From contig JBKTTM010000006.1 of NCBI GenBank assembly GCA_047247485.1, positions 197,246 through 261,245 of the forward strand: a DNA stretch of 64,000 nt, in the 5' to 3' direction. Origin of the DNA: Collinsella sp. (GTDB lineage: Bacteria > Actinomycetota > Coriobacteriia > Coriobacteriales > Coriobacteriaceae). A program made the translations under genes and the position numbers. Of this stretch, positions 1 to 9,987 are shown one piece after another (position 1 is the first letter of the stretch; each line of letters starts with the position of its first letter). The notes under the pieces were generated by a model, which made no database searches, was not told the DNA's origin, and worked only from the letters and a program-made list of their open reading frames with translations.

Positions 1-1152
1 GGCACGGTGTTTAAGGTGGGCGACAAGTACCATGCGCTCTACACTGGTTGCAATCGCGATAAGGTCCGCGCACGTTTGATGAAGCAGGTTCTTCTTCACG
101 CAACGAGCGACGACGCCGTCAAGTGGGAGAAGAACATCGCCGAGACGCTGCTTCCGCCCCAGGAGGGTTACGATGACCGCAACTGGCGCGATCCCTTTGT
201 GCTTTGGGATGAGGAGAACGAGGAGTACATGCTCATCCTCGGCACGCGTGTGGGCGAGGACAAGCGTCTGATGACCGGCCGCCTGGTCAAGTTCACCTCC
301 AAGGATCTGACCAACTGGGAGTTCCAGGGCGACTGGTGGAACCCGGGCCTGTACACCATGTTTGAGATGCCTGATCTCTTTAAGATGGGCGACTGGTGGT
401 ACCTCGTCTTTTCCGAGTACAGCGACGGCAACAAGACCCGTTACCGCATGTCCAAGTCCATCAACGGTCCTTGGATTACCCCCGCTGACGACTCCTTCGA
501 CGGCCGCGCGTACTACGCCGCTCGCACCGCATTCGATGGCGAGCGTCGCGTTCTCTTTGGTTGGGTTCCTACGCGTGACGAGGGCGGCGACCCCAGCTCT
601 TACCTATGGGGTGGCACCTTTATGCCCCTCGAGATCGTTCAGCGTGCCGACGGAACGCTCGGCACCAAGCTCCCCGACAGCATGCTTGGCGCCTTTGGCG
701 AGGGCAAGGCTGTCGAGACCTTTGAGCTTTCCTGCGAGTCGGGCAAGGTCGAGCAGGTGCTCGCCGCGGATGCCGGCTCCACCTACTTGCTCGATGCCGA
801 CATTGAGCTCGGCGGTAACGCTGCCGGCTTCTCGGTCAAGTTCGCTGAGGACGCCGAGACCGGTCTTGCCTATGAGTTCCGCGCCAACCTGCGCGAGGGC
901 AAGCTCGAGTTCACGCCGGCTCCCCAGTACCCGTGGTTCCAGGTCAACAACATGGGCCTCGAGCGTCCGTTGTTCTTTAAGGGCGAGGGCACTCACCATG
1001 TGCGTCTGGTCGTCGACGACGACATCGCGACCATCTTTGTCGATGATGTTGCGCTCAACGCTCGCTTCTGCAACAAGCAGGGCCAGGGTGTGGCGCTTAC
1101 CGTCACCGACGGTGCGCTCAAGTGCGCAAACGCAACGATCGCGTCTCTGTAG
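1..1152 (+). CDS. Glycoside hydrolase family 32 (beta-fructofuranosidase/levanase-like), 5' end outside the window
   Basis: WRDPF (RDP) motif, FEMPDLF acid/base motif, YYAA motif, C-terminal beta-sandwich-like region; the N-terminal NDPN motif is not in the window. Confidence 0.85.
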   Translation, partial: GTVFKVGDKYHALYTGCNRDKVRARLMKQVLLHATSDDAVKWEKNIAETLLPPQEGYDDRNWRDPFVLWDEENEEYMLILGTRVGEDKRLMTGRLVKFTSKDLTNWEFQGDWWNPGLYTMFEMPDLFKMGDWWYLVFSEYSDGNKTRYRMSKSINGPWITPADDSFDGRAYYAARTAFDGERRVLFGWVPTRDEGGDPSSYLWGGTFMPLEIVQRADGTLGTKLPDSMLGAFGEGKAVETFELSCESGKVEQVLAADAGSTYLLDADIELGGNAAGFSVKFAEDAETGLAYEFRANLREGKLEFTPAPQYPWFQVNNMGLERPLFFKGEGTHHVRLVVDDDIATIFVDDVALNARFCNKQGQGVALTVTDGALKCANATIASL

Positions 1153-1197
1153 CGGCAACGAACCGTTTTATGATTTAGAAAAGGAATGGAGAGGAAC

Positions 1198-2649
1198 ATG
1201 GACTACAAGGCAGTGTCCCAGCAAGTCGTCGACAACGTCGGCGGACTGGAGAACATCGAGGGCGCCACGCATTGCGTGACCCGTCTGCGTCTGGTGCTCA
1301 AGGATACGAGCAAATACAACAAGGCCGAGCTCGAGAACATCGATGGCGTCAAGGGCGTGCTGTACAACAGCGGCCAGCTCATGATCATCTTCGGTACCGG
1401 TACCGTCAACAAGGTTTACGATGAGTTTATGGCTCTGACGGGCGTTAAGGAGATCAGTGCTTCCGAGGTCAAGGGCGCCGAGGCGGACAAGAAGGGCAAG
1501 TTCTTCTCGGTCCTCAAGGTATTCTCGGACATCTTTATCCCCATCATTCCCGCCTTCGTCGGCGCTGCAATCATCATCGGCCTTAAGTCGTTGATCGTTG
1601 CCAACGGCCTCTTTGGCATGGAGGGCAGCCTCGCCGATCACAGCGAGTTCCTCAAGAACCTCGCAAGCTTCTTTGCCATTATCGCCACCACGTTCGACTA
1701 CCTGCCTGTCCTGGTTATGTACAGCGCAGTCAAGCGTTTTGGCGGTAACCCGATCCTGGGCATCCTCGTCGGTATCGTCATGGTTCACCCGAGCCTTATG
1801 AACCGCAACACGTTCGTTATGGACCCGACGGGTGCTGAGTACTGGAACTTTGGTCCGCTCTCCATTCCCATGGTTGCTTTCCAGGGCGGCGTGTTCCCTG
1901 CAATTCTGACCGCCTGGTTTATGGCCAAGGTCGAAAAGATTGCCCAGAAGTACATCCCCGAGGTCGTTTCGTTCGTCTTTGTCCCGACCGTTACCCTGAT
2001 TCTTGCTAACGTCGCCCTGTTCACCGTGTTCGGCCCGCTCGGTAACCTGATCGGTGACGTCCTCGCCGGCGTAATCGATATCCTGTACAACAGGATGGGC
2101 GTCTTTGGTGCCTTTGTCTTCGCCGCGTTCCTGCAGCCGCTCGTCGTTACCGGTACGCATCAGTTCATCCAGGGTATCGAGGCAAACCTTGTTGCCACGA
2201 CTGGCTTCAACTACATCCAGGCCATCTGGTCGGTTTCCATCATCGCCCAGGGCGGCGGCGCCATCGGTATGTACCTCATTCACAAGAAGCACTCCAAAGA
2301 GCGCAACATCTGCATGTCGTCCTTTATCCCGACGCTGGTCGGAATCTCCGAGCCCGCTATCTTTGCTGCAAACATGCGCTATTCGATCATTCCGTTCATC
2401 TGCGCATGCATCGGTGCAGGCTGCGGCGGTGCCTTCGTCAAGCTCTTTGAGGTGCGCGCTATCGGTCAGGGTCTGACCGGCGTGCTTGGCCTGCTCATCG
2501 TCACGCCCGAGACCCTCGTGTGGTATGTGGCTGGCAATCTCATCGCCTTTATCGTGCCGATCGTCTTGATCTTTGCCTACAACAAGGCAAAGGGCGTGCC
2601 GACCACCGATGAAGAGGGCGCTGGCGCTGGCTTCGATGTCAGCTTCTAG
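1198..2649 (+). CDS. scrA: PTS sucrose/beta-glucoside family transporter EIIBC
   Basis: HCVTRLR EIIB phospho-Cys motif, hydrophobic EIIC with GISEPAIF; GGAGAGGA RBS before ATG 1198; flanked by GH32 genes. Confidence 0.88.
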   Translation: MDYKAVSQQVVDNVGGLENIEGATHCVTRLRLVLKDTSKYNKAELENIDGVKGVLYNSGQLMIIFGTGTVNKVYDEFMALTGVKEISASEVKGAEADKKGKFFSVLKVFSDIFIPIIPAFVGAAIIIGLKSLIVANGLFGMEGSLADHSEFLKNLASFFAIIATTFDYLPVLVMYSAVKRFGGNPILGILVGIVMVHPSLMNRNTFVMDPTGAEYWNFGPLSIPMVAFQGGVFPAILTAWFMAKVEKIAQKYIPEVVSFVFVPTVTLILANVALFTVFGPLGNLIGDVLAGVIDILYNRMGVFGAFVFAAFLQPLVVTGTHQFIQGIEANLVATTGFNYIQAIWSVSIIAQGGGAIGMYLIHKKHSKERNICMSSFIPTLVGISEPAIFAANMRYSIIPFICACIGAGCGGAFVKLFEVRAIGQGLTGVLGLLIVTPETLVWYVAGNLIAFIVPIVLIFAYNKAKGVPTTDEEGAGAGFDVSF

Positions 2650-2688
2650 TTGAGCCATTCAGTGCAATGTGCGGATAAGTCCATTTGA

Positions 2689-2726
2689 GGAAGGGCGTTC
2701 GGCTCGTGTGAGTCGGGCGTCCTTCC
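2689..2726 (+). terminator. Intergenic stem-loop between the PTS and scrB genes
   Basis: GGAAGGGCGTTCGGCTC...GAGTCGGGCGTCCTTCC hairpin with no clear U-tract; may act as a stabiliser or attenuator. Confidence 0.4.
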
Positions 2727-2744
2727 CTATAGACGAGAAAGTCA

Positions 2745-4193
2745 ATGGCGATGTTAAATCAAAAAAACAAGGTGATGCGTGCGGACTATGAGCAGTGGCG
2801 AGCTGGACAGGATGAGACGGCGGGTCGCATCGCGTCCGACCCCGATAGGCTCCTGTTCCATGTGGAGCCTGAGCTTGGTTGGCTCAACGACCCCAACGGT
2901 TTGGTTCAGATTGGTGATACGTATCACATCTATCATCAATACGATCCGTTCGATGCTGCGCATGGCGGTCCAGTGCTTTGGAACCATCTGACGACAAAGG
3001 ATTTTGTGACGTACGAGAATCACGGCCCCGTGCTGTTCCCCGATTCCGATTTGGATTCGAGCGGAGCGTATTCTGGTTCTGCCTTTGTACGCGATGGCAA
3101 GATTCACTACTTCTATACCGGCAACGTCAAGCATTTTGACCGCGATGATTACGACTACGTGTTGACGGGCCGTGAGCAAAACCAGATTCATATGGTTGCC
3201 GAGAATCCCGACGAATTGGGCGAGAAGCGCATAGCTGTTGGACCGGTCGATTACCCCGACGATATCGGTACGCACGTGCGCGACCCCAAGATCCTTGAAC
3301 ATGGCGGTATCTACTACATGGTTCTGGGCGCTCGTACGAAAGACGACCGCGGCTGCGTGCTTGTCTATACCTCGCGCGAACTAGAGGACTGGAGCTATGC
3401 GACGCGCATTGAGTTGGGCGAGAAGTTTGGCTTTATGTGGGAGTGCCCCGATCTGTTTGAGCTCGATGGCGAGCTTATTCTCGTTTGCTGTCCGCAGGGT
3501 GTGCCTGCCGATGGTCGGCGTTACCGCAATCCGCATCAGTGCGTGTGGTTCCCCATCGAGGCCGATTGGGAGGCGCCGAGCTTTAAAATCGTCGGGCAGG
3601 GCATGCCCCCGATGGTCGATGCCGGTTTTGATTTCTATGCTCCGCAGTCCTTTGAGGATGCTGCAGGCCGGCGTTTGATGATCGGATGGTCGGGTTGCCC
3701 CGATGCGACGGCAGAAAACCCGACGGTGGCGCGCGGGTGGCAGTGCGCGTTGACGGTGCCGCGAGAGCTGAGCATGCGCGATGGTAAGCTCTGCCAGCAG
3801 CCGGCGCACGAGATTGAGAGGATGCGCGGCGACTGCGTTCGCGCGACAGGCGGTGAAACCGTTGAGGAGCCGGGCCGCCTGTTTGATCTTGTGGTTTCCT
3901 GTGAGGGCGCCAAGATGGTCGAGCTCGAGATTCGCAAGGGTGTCTTTGTGCGCTATGCAGACGGGATGCTTACCCTCGACATGGGTGACGAAGGCTATGG
4001 GCGCGACCAGAGGTCGATCAAGCTCGGTGAGCTTCGCGATCTGCGCGTGCTTTCGGACACTACGATGGTCGAGATTTTTGGCAACGGCGGCGAGGCGGCA
4101 CTTACGAGCCGTACCTATTCGCCGGCGGTTCCGGCGATGGGGTTGCATGCCGAGGGTGCGGCGTCGATGGATTTCTACCGCCTCGCGCATTAA
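2745..4193 (+). CDS. scrB: Sucrose-6-phosphate hydrolase (GH32)
   Basis: WLNDPNG, YSGSA, RDP, WECPD and FDFYAPQ motifs; follows the PTS gene. Confidence 0.9.
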   Translation: MAMLNQKNKVMRADYEQWRAGQDETAGRIASDPDRLLFHVEPELGWLNDPNGLVQIGDTYHIYHQYDPFDAAHGGPVLWNHLTTKDFVTYENHGPVLFPDSDLDSSGAYSGSAFVRDGKIHYFYTGNVKHFDRDDYDYVLTGREQNQIHMVAENPDELGEKRIAVGPVDYPDDIGTHVRDPKILEHGGIYYMVLGARTKDDRGCVLVYTSRELEDWSYATRIELGEKFGFMWECPDLFELDGELILVCCPQGVPADGRRYRNPHQCVWFPIEADWEAPSFKIVGQGMPPMVDAGFDFYAPQSFEDAAGRRLMIGWSGCPDATAENPTVARGWQCALTVPRELSMRDGKLCQQPAHEIERMRGDCVRATGGETVEEPGRLFDLVVSCEGAKMVELEIRKGVFVRYADGMLTLDMGDEGYGRDQRSIKLGELRDLRVLSDTTMVEIFGNGGEAALTSRTYSPAVPAMGLHAEGAASMDFYRLAH

Positions 4194-4469
4194 CCGTGTG
4201 TGGAGCACGATTGGACTTGCTGGGCGGAATGTGTCGCAGTTGCCGCAGCGAACTACCGTTTATCGCGTATAGCTACCGTTTGCGGGATAAGTAACACTCA
4301 TTTATAAACCGTGTAAAATCTCAGGTAAGCACGGAGTTTTCCAGGGAGACGCTGTCCTTTGTTGTGTGCAAGGGGCGGCGTCTCTTTGGCGCTTAGATGC
4401 TGTTGCACAACTGTGCGGTGGCCTGTGCTGGGTATTGGAAAGTCGACGTTGAGATGGGTCGTGATGATA

Positions 4470-5324
4470 ATGGGCAAGTACGTAATCGTGGTTGAGTCTG
4501 GGTCGGATGTGACGCCGGAACTCTGCGAACGCTACGGCATCGTGCGCGTGCCTATGCATGTCACGATTGGTGACGAGACCGTCGAGGACGGCTCAATCGA
4601 TCCGCTCGAGATTTATTCGCGCTGCAACGAGTTTGGCGTAATGCCCAAGACCAGTGGCTGTGCGCCGGCAGATTTTGCGCACGTATATGACCGTATCCAT
4701 GCCGAGCAGCCCGATGCGACCATTCTGCATCTTGCGTACTCCGAAGTCACGACTTGCTCGCATCAGTCCTCTAAGATTGCGGCTAAGGGCCGCGACTACG
4801 TATTCTCCATGGATACGCGTTTTGTCTCGGTGGGCCAGTCGCTCGTTGCCGTTGAGACCGCCAAATACATCGAGGCTCACCCCGATGCCACCGTCGACGA
4901 GATCTTTGCATTTACGAACTCCGTCATGGACCGCGTGCTGCTGGGCTTTGTTCCTACCGACCTAGCCTTCCTTAAGGCGGGCGGTCGTCTGTCCAACGTG
5001 GCATTCCTTGGCGCCCACCTGCTCAAGATTAAGCCCTGCATTGAGGTGACGGGCGGTAAGTTTGTGGCGACCAAGAAGTTCCGCGGCTCTATGCTCAAGT
5101 GCGCCCGTGCCTTTATTGACCACATGGTTGCTAAGGGCGAGATTGACTACTCGCACATTGGCCTGGCGTATTCGGTAGGCCTTTCCGAGGAGCTGCGCGA
5201 CGACATGGAAGTCTATGCGCACGACCTGGGCTTTAAGGACGTTACCTGGACTCAGGTCGGCGGCGTGATCTCGAGCCATTGCGGCCCGACCGCCTTCGGC
5301 GCGGTGCTCACACTCAAGGCGTAA
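4470..5324 (+). CDS. DegV family fatty-acid-binding protein
   Basis: PKTS, LKAGGRL, LKIKPCI and ISSHCGP motifs typical of DegV/FakB. Confidence 0.9.
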   Translation: MGKYVIVVESGSDVTPELCERYGIVRVPMHVTIGDETVEDGSIDPLEIYSRCNEFGVMPKTSGCAPADFAHVYDRIHAEQPDATILHLAYSEVTTCSHQSSKIAAKGRDYVFSMDTRFVSVGQSLVAVETAKYIEAHPDATVDEIFAFTNSVMDRVLLGFVPTDLAFLKAGGRLSNVAFLGAHLLKIKPCIEVTGGKFVATKKFRGSMLKCARAFIDHMVAKGEIDYSHIGLAYSVGLSEELRDDMEVYAHDLGFKDVTWTQVGGVISSHCGPTAFGAVLTLKA

Positions 5325-5354
5325 CGCCTGGCGTCTATCGATTTCTATTGTCTC

Positions 5355-5392
5355 GGCGGCGGGCGGGTTGCGACAACCTTCCCGCCGCTTTT
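5355..5392 (+). terminator. Rho-independent terminator after degV
   Basis: GC-rich hairpin GGCGGCGGG...CCCGCCGC followed by TTTT. Confidence 0.65.
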
Positions 5393-5510
5393 GCATGGGG
5401 CCAAATAGGACAATCCAATTGACCGCTAAACCGTTTCGCCATCAAGCATATAGGCTAGAATGACTCTGGCATTTATGTAGCTAAAACCAATGAGAGGCAA
5501 GGTAGCGGGA

Positions 5511-6329
5511 ATGGCTGAGATGACGCTCGAGGGTGTGGACGCTCGTCCCGAGGACTCTGCGTTTGCCCTGGGCCGCGTGCATTCGATTGAGACGATGGGA
5601 ACGGTCGATGGACCCGGCATCCGCTTTGTAGTGTTTGTTCAGGGCTGTCCCATGCGCTGTGCGTATTGCCACAACCCCGATACCTGGTCGGTTAACGGCG
5701 GCACGATGGTGACCGTTGAGCACCTGATGGACGAATTCCAGAGCAACCATGAGTTTTACCGCAGCGGTGGTATTACGGTATCCGGCGGCGAGCCGCTCTT
5801 GCAGCCCGCGTTTTTAGCCGACCTGTTCCGCGCCATGCACAATAACCCCGATGGTCGCGTGCATACCTGCTTGGATAGCTGCGGCTATGCGTTCGATCCC
5901 GCGCATCCCGAGAAGTTCGATGCCGTACTCAACGAGACCGACATGGTGCTGCTCGACATTAAACACGCCGATCCCGTCGAGCATAAAAAGCTGACCGGTT
6001 GCGATCCCGCACGTATTCTGGCGTTTGGTGATGAGCTTGCCCGTCGCAAGATTAAGGTTGTTATTCGCCATGTGGTGGTGCCCGGCATTACCGACACGGT
6101 GGAAGAGTGCGAGGCACTCGGTCGCCTGATTGCCCCGTGGCATAACGTGGTGGGCTTGGAAATGCTGCCGTATCACACGATGGGCGTCGTCAAGTACGAG
6201 CAACTGGGCATTCCCTATAAGCTCGAGGGCGTGCCCCAGATGGATACCGCGCGCATGCCCGAGCTGCGCAACGCCGTCATGACGGGCATGAAAAAGCGCC
6301 GCGCGGAACTCAAAAACGCCATCGGCTAG
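5511..6329 (+). CDS. pflA: Pyruvate formate-lyase activating enzyme (radical SAM)
   Basis: HSIETMGTVDGPGIR, CPMRCAYCHNPDTW, SGGEPLLQ and LPYH motifs; exact start uncertain. Confidence 0.92.
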   Translation: MAEMTLEGVDARPEDSAFALGRVHSIETMGTVDGPGIRFVVFVQGCPMRCAYCHNPDTWSVNGGTMVTVEHLMDEFQSNHEFYRSGGITVSGGEPLLQPAFLADLFRAMHNNPDGRVHTCLDSCGYAFDPAHPEKFDAVLNETDMVLLDIKHADPVEHKKLTGCDPARILAFGDELARRKIKVVIRHVVVPGITDTVEECEALGRLIAPWHNVVGLEMLPYHTMGVVKYEQLGIPYKLEGVPQMDTARMPELRNAVMTGMKKRRAELKNAIG

Positions 6330-6410
6330 CGAGCCATTTTCAGGCACTCATTGGGGACAGACTTAAATGAGTGCCCCTGGGCACCAAGTTGATTGCCAAA
6401 GAGCCCCGTC

Positions 6411-6479
6411 AAGTTGCGGTGGAATAGTTCTTGTTTTTCGGCTTATGCCGCCCAAACAGGAACTATTCCACCGCAACTG
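6411..6479. repeat. 69-bp palindromic repeat, family B, copy 1
   Basis: AAGTTGCGGTGGAATAGTTC...GAACTATTCCACCGCAACTG; also at 28524 and 34883. Confidence 0.85.
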
Positions 6480-6636
6480 CGTTTTGGGCGGAGATGCGCA
6501 ACAGAATCGTGCCATTTGGATAAATACGCTTGTGGTTTCTTTAAAGACGCCTTAAACGCCGCTGAATATCTTTGGAAAGAAATGCCTGCTCGGTATTATG
6601 CTGCTCGTATATGAACGGTAGCAGTCAGGAGACCAC

Positions 6637-7755
6637 GTGCGAAACAACGCATCGCGGGACGAGTATGTGCCGCAGCATGGCAGCAGATATGGGACGAAGG
6701 GCACGCCTTCGCGTGGCCTCGCTGACGCTCGCATCCGCGTGACGAAGATTGCCGCCATTGGGATGCTAACGTTGGCGGTTATTATCCTCGGAATTACCGC
6801 CAAAACCTACGCGTCGGAGCGAATGGCACATTCAGATGCGTCAACGGTACAGACGCAAAACAAAAAGGTCTCTGAATCTAAAGCCACCGCAAGTCAAACC
6901 CTGTCGACAGCGAGCCTCAAGACGAGGCTTTCGAAGGCGGACTTTAACGATATTCCCTCAGGCGATACCGTGCAGACCTTCTCACTGGTTGATGACCAGA
7001 TCCCCGCCCTGGAGGATGAGAGCCTCGCCGCGCTCCAAGATGCCCTTGATCAGGCCAAGGAATTGGGCGATGTGGGCGTGGTGTTCTACGACCTGTCAAG
7101 TGGCAAGGGCGTGACGTATAACGCCGATGTCGAGGTTTACGGTGCGAGTAGTTATAAGGCGCTCTATGTGCTCTACGTCTGTGAATCCCTGGTCGAGACA
7201 GGGCAAGTATCGCTCGATGATACTCTGGGCACCTATGGCGGCTACAGTATGGGCTGGCTGACGGTTCGCGAACTCATCGAGGCCTCGGTCGTTAATTCGG
7301 ACAACGATTCGTTTATTGCGTTACGCGCGACGTTTGACCGTGTCGGTTACGAGGATTGGATTGTCGGTCTTGGCATCGATTACGATACCGCACTCGATCC
7401 GATGAGTGATTTTCCCACTTATTGCCCGCGCACCTCGGCCAAGTTGTGGTGCGAGATGAGCGAGTATCTGAGCCATGATACCGAGACGTCACAATGGCTG
7501 TCGGGCCTTCTGGCCTCTACGGCCCGATCGTTTATTCGTGACGGCATTGCGGACGACCAAGCCTTGGTGCGCAACAAGGCAGGCTGGATTAGCGAGGATG
7601 GTTGCTATTCGACATGCGATGCGGGCCTTATCGACATCGATGGCCGTACCTATGTCATGAGCATCATGACATCGATGCCGTGGAGCGACCGCTCGAGCGA
7701 GGTTACGGCTGCGATTGCAAAGGCCCTGTTTGATACGCGAGCTGCGCTGGCCTAG
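6637..7755 (+). CDS. Membrane-anchored serine hydrolase, class A beta-lactamase-like fold
   Basis: SSYK (SxxK), SDN and NKAG motifs; N-terminal TM segment. Confidence 0.8.
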   Translation: MRNNASRDEYVPQHGSRYGTKGTPSRGLADARIRVTKIAAIGMLTLAVIILGITAKTYASERMAHSDASTVQTQNKKVSESKATASQTLSTASLKTRLSKADFNDIPSGDTVQTFSLVDDQIPALEDESLAALQDALDQAKELGDVGVVFYDLSSGKGVTYNADVEVYGASSYKALYVLYVCESLVETGQVSLDDTLGTYGGYSMGWLTVRELIEASVVNSDNDSFIALRATFDRVGYEDWIVGLGIDYDTALDPMSDFPTYCPRTSAKLWCEMSEYLSHDTETSQWLSGLLASTARSFIRDGIADDQALVRNKAGWISEDGCYSTCDAGLIDIDGRTYVMSIMTSMPWSDRSSEVTAAIAKALFDTRAALA

Positions 7756-7833
7756 CGTGTTCGTTTGACGAGGTCAAACAAAATGCTGGTACCATACCGT
7801 GGTTGAGAATTTCGAATAGGTTTGGGGAATGGC

Positions 7834-8574
7834 ATGGCTACCATCGCGATTATCGGTGCACTCGAAAAAGAGATCATGCAGATTAAGGAAGAGTTGAGCG
7901 ACGTTTGCGAGGCACAGGAGGCAGGCTTGACCGTTGTGAGCGGTGAGTTCGACGGTCTGACGCTTGTCGCCACAACGGCGGGCATGGGCACGGTGAATGC
8001 CGCTGCCGCAACACAGCACCTCATTAGCAAGTATGCTCCGCAGGCAGTTGTGCTTTCGGGTATCGCGGGCGGTTTGAACCCCAAGCTCCATATCGACGAC
8101 GTGGTCATCGGCAAACGCCTGCGCTATCTGGATACCGATACCGCGCTTATCGCCGAGTCTGCACCGGGGCTCGAGGAGTTTGGCTCGGCGCCTGCGCTGG
8201 TCGATATTGCTGCCGATGTGCTTGCTGAGCATGGGTTTGTTGATGCTTCGACAAATGCAGCCGCTTCGAACAAGGGCGCCAAGCAGTTCCTGGTCGGTAC
8301 GATTGCCACGGGTAACCGCTTTGTGACGGGTACCGCCATGCGCAACGACGCTATCGAGGCGACGCATGCCGATTGTGTCGGCATGGAGGGCGCGGCAATT
8401 GCCCATGTCGCAACTAAAAATGGTGTCGATTGCCTGGTGCTGCGCGCTATCAGCGATAATTGTGACGAGGCGTACGATGCGATTTGCGACCGCGAGTTCG
8501 ACCTGTTCGAGTATGCCCGTACCGCGAGTGGCATTACGCTCGATATCGTTCGCCGTATCGCTGCTATCTATTAG
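7834..8574 (+). CDS. mtnN: 5'-methylthioadenosine/S-adenosylhomocysteine nucleosidase
   Basis: IAIIGA, GMGTVNAA, GIAGG, MEGAAIA and RAISD motifs. Confidence 0.88.
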   Translation: MATIAIIGALEKEIMQIKEELSDVCEAQEAGLTVVSGEFDGLTLVATTAGMGTVNAAAATQHLISKYAPQAVVLSGIAGGLNPKLHIDDVVIGKRLRYLDTDTALIAESAPGLEEFGSAPALVDIAADVLAEHGFVDASTNAAASNKGAKQFLVGTIATGNRFVTGTAMRNDAIEATHADCVGMEGAAIAHVATKNGVDCLVLRAISDNCDEAYDAICDREFDLFEYARTASGITLDIVRRIAAIY

Positions 8575-8612
8575 CGCGCTCTTTTGTAAGAACCTACGAC
8601 CAAGGAGTGTCC

Positions 8613-9203
8613 ATGGCCGATTCCATTAACTACCAGCTTGCCAAGTTTGTCGCCAGCTATGGCAAGGTTTCGCAGATTCCCGAGTCCACCTGCCCCGAGG
8701 TGAGCTTCGTCGGCCGCTCCAACGTGGGCAAGTCGTCGATCATGAACAAGCTTTTTGGCCGCAAGAATCTCGTCAAGGTTTCGAGCACGCCGGGCAAGAC
8801 GAGCAACATCAACTTCTTTGAGGCTGACGACGTGCACTTCGTCGACCTGCCGGGCTATGGTTTCGCCCGTCGTTCCAAGGCCGAGCGCGACCGTTGGGCA
8901 GAACTTATCGGCGACTTCTTCGACTCGGAGCGCAGCTTTAACCTGGTCGTGTCGCTGGTGGATATTCGTCACGACCCGAGCAAGCTCGACCATGACATGA
9001 TCGACTACCTGCAGGGCAACGAGTTCAACTTTATCGTCTGCCTCACCAAGGCCGACAAGCTCAGCCGCACCCAGCAGGCCCGCCAGGCAGCAGCCATCAA
9101 AAAGCAGCTCAACGTCCCGGCCGAAAACGTAATCATCACAAGCTCCCAAACCGGCACCGGCATCGACGAACTCAAAAAGCGCATCGCCGAGGCCTGCCTC
9201 TAG
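8613..9203 (+). CDS. engB: Ribosome biogenesis GTPase YihA/YsxC
   Basis: GRSNVGKS, STPGKT, DLPGYG and TKADK motifs; AAGGAG RBS. Confidence 0.95.
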   Translation: MADSINYQLAKFVASYGKVSQIPESTCPEVSFVGRSNVGKSSIMNKLFGRKNLVKVSSTPGKTSNINFFEADDVHFVDLPGYGFARRSKAERDRWAELIGDFFDSERSFNLVVSLVDIRHDPSKLDHDMIDYLQGNEFNFIVCLTKADKLSRTQQARQAAAIKKQLNVPAENVIITSSQTGTGIDELKKRIAEACL

Positions 9204-9238
9204 GGCATGCCGCACTGTCAAACAACTTTTGTCTATCT

Positions 9239-9285
9239 ATATCACCCCAGTGATAGTTATTGGTAAACTATCACTGGGGTGATAT
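9239..9285. promoter_or_regulatory. Twin palindromic operator-like sites (TATCAC-N4-GTGATA x2)
   Basis: Perfect 20-bp inverted repeat 9239-9258/9266-9285 in which each arm is itself palindromic; directly upstream of the DUF3990-like/XRE pair. Confidence 0.75.
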
Positions 9286-9303
9286 TTTTGTTTGGAGGTC
9301 GAT

Positions 9304-9987
9304 ATGGAGCTTTGGCACGGGTCGGAGGTTGTTGTCGAGCATCCGTCGTTGGATAAATGCAGACAATTCAATGACTATGGGTGTGGGTTTTATTGCACGC
9401 CACATGAAGAAATGGCGATGGAATGGGCATGCCGGACCGAGTCGGATGGCATTGCAAATCGATATGAACTTGATTTAGATGGCCTTTCGGTCTTGGATTT
9501 AGAGTCTGGGGAGTTTTCAATCCTCAATTGGCTTTCGATTTTGGCCGACAACCGGGAGTTTAATGTCTCGACGCCGCTAGCACGCGACGGACTTCGATTT
9601 CTGCTTGATAACTGTTTGATTGATATTTCTTCTTACGACGTTATTCGGGGCTATCGTGCCGACGACTCGTATTTTTCTTTTGCAAGGCAGTTTGTTAATG
9701 GCATGATTTCGCTCCGACAACTTCAGCGCATTATGCGCCTGGGCGATCTAGGCATTCAATATGCTCTTATGAGTGAGCGCGCATTCTCGGCGATTAGATT
9801 CTGCGATTGGAAGCCGGCTTCGGGATCTGAGTTTTATCCCAAGCGTTTTGAGCGAGAGCAGAACGCTCGGCGCAAGTACTTGGACACGGTAAATGGATTT
9901 GATTCTGAAGGTATCGACATCAAGGATTTAATGGCGGGGAGGGTTGATTTGGATGATCCAAGAGTTAACGAGTTGTGGTCCGAGTAG
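9304..9987 (+). CDS. DUF3990-like protein, possible ADP-ribosyltransferase fold
   Basis: LWHGS, DYGCGFYCT, YDVIRGYRADD and LGIQY patterns; GGAGG RBS before ATG 9304. Confidence 0.7.
   Translation: MELWHGSEVVVEHPSLDKCRQFNDYGCGFYCTPHEEMAMEWACRTESDGIANRYELDLDGLSVLDLESGEFSILNWLSILADNREFNVSTPLARDGLRFLLDNCLIDISSYDVIRGYRADDSYFSFARQFVNGMISLRQLQRIMRLGDLGIQYALMSERAFSAIRFCDWKPASGSEFYPKRFEREQNARRKYLDTVNGFDSEGIDIKDLMAGRVDLDDPRVNELWSE

Noticed and set aside
6637..7755. Antibiotic-resistance beta-lactamase
   Set aside because: SxxK/SDN/KAG motifs are shared with PBP-like serine hydrolases; membrane-anchored, in core context, and no clear omega-loop Glu motif, so resistance cannot be claimed
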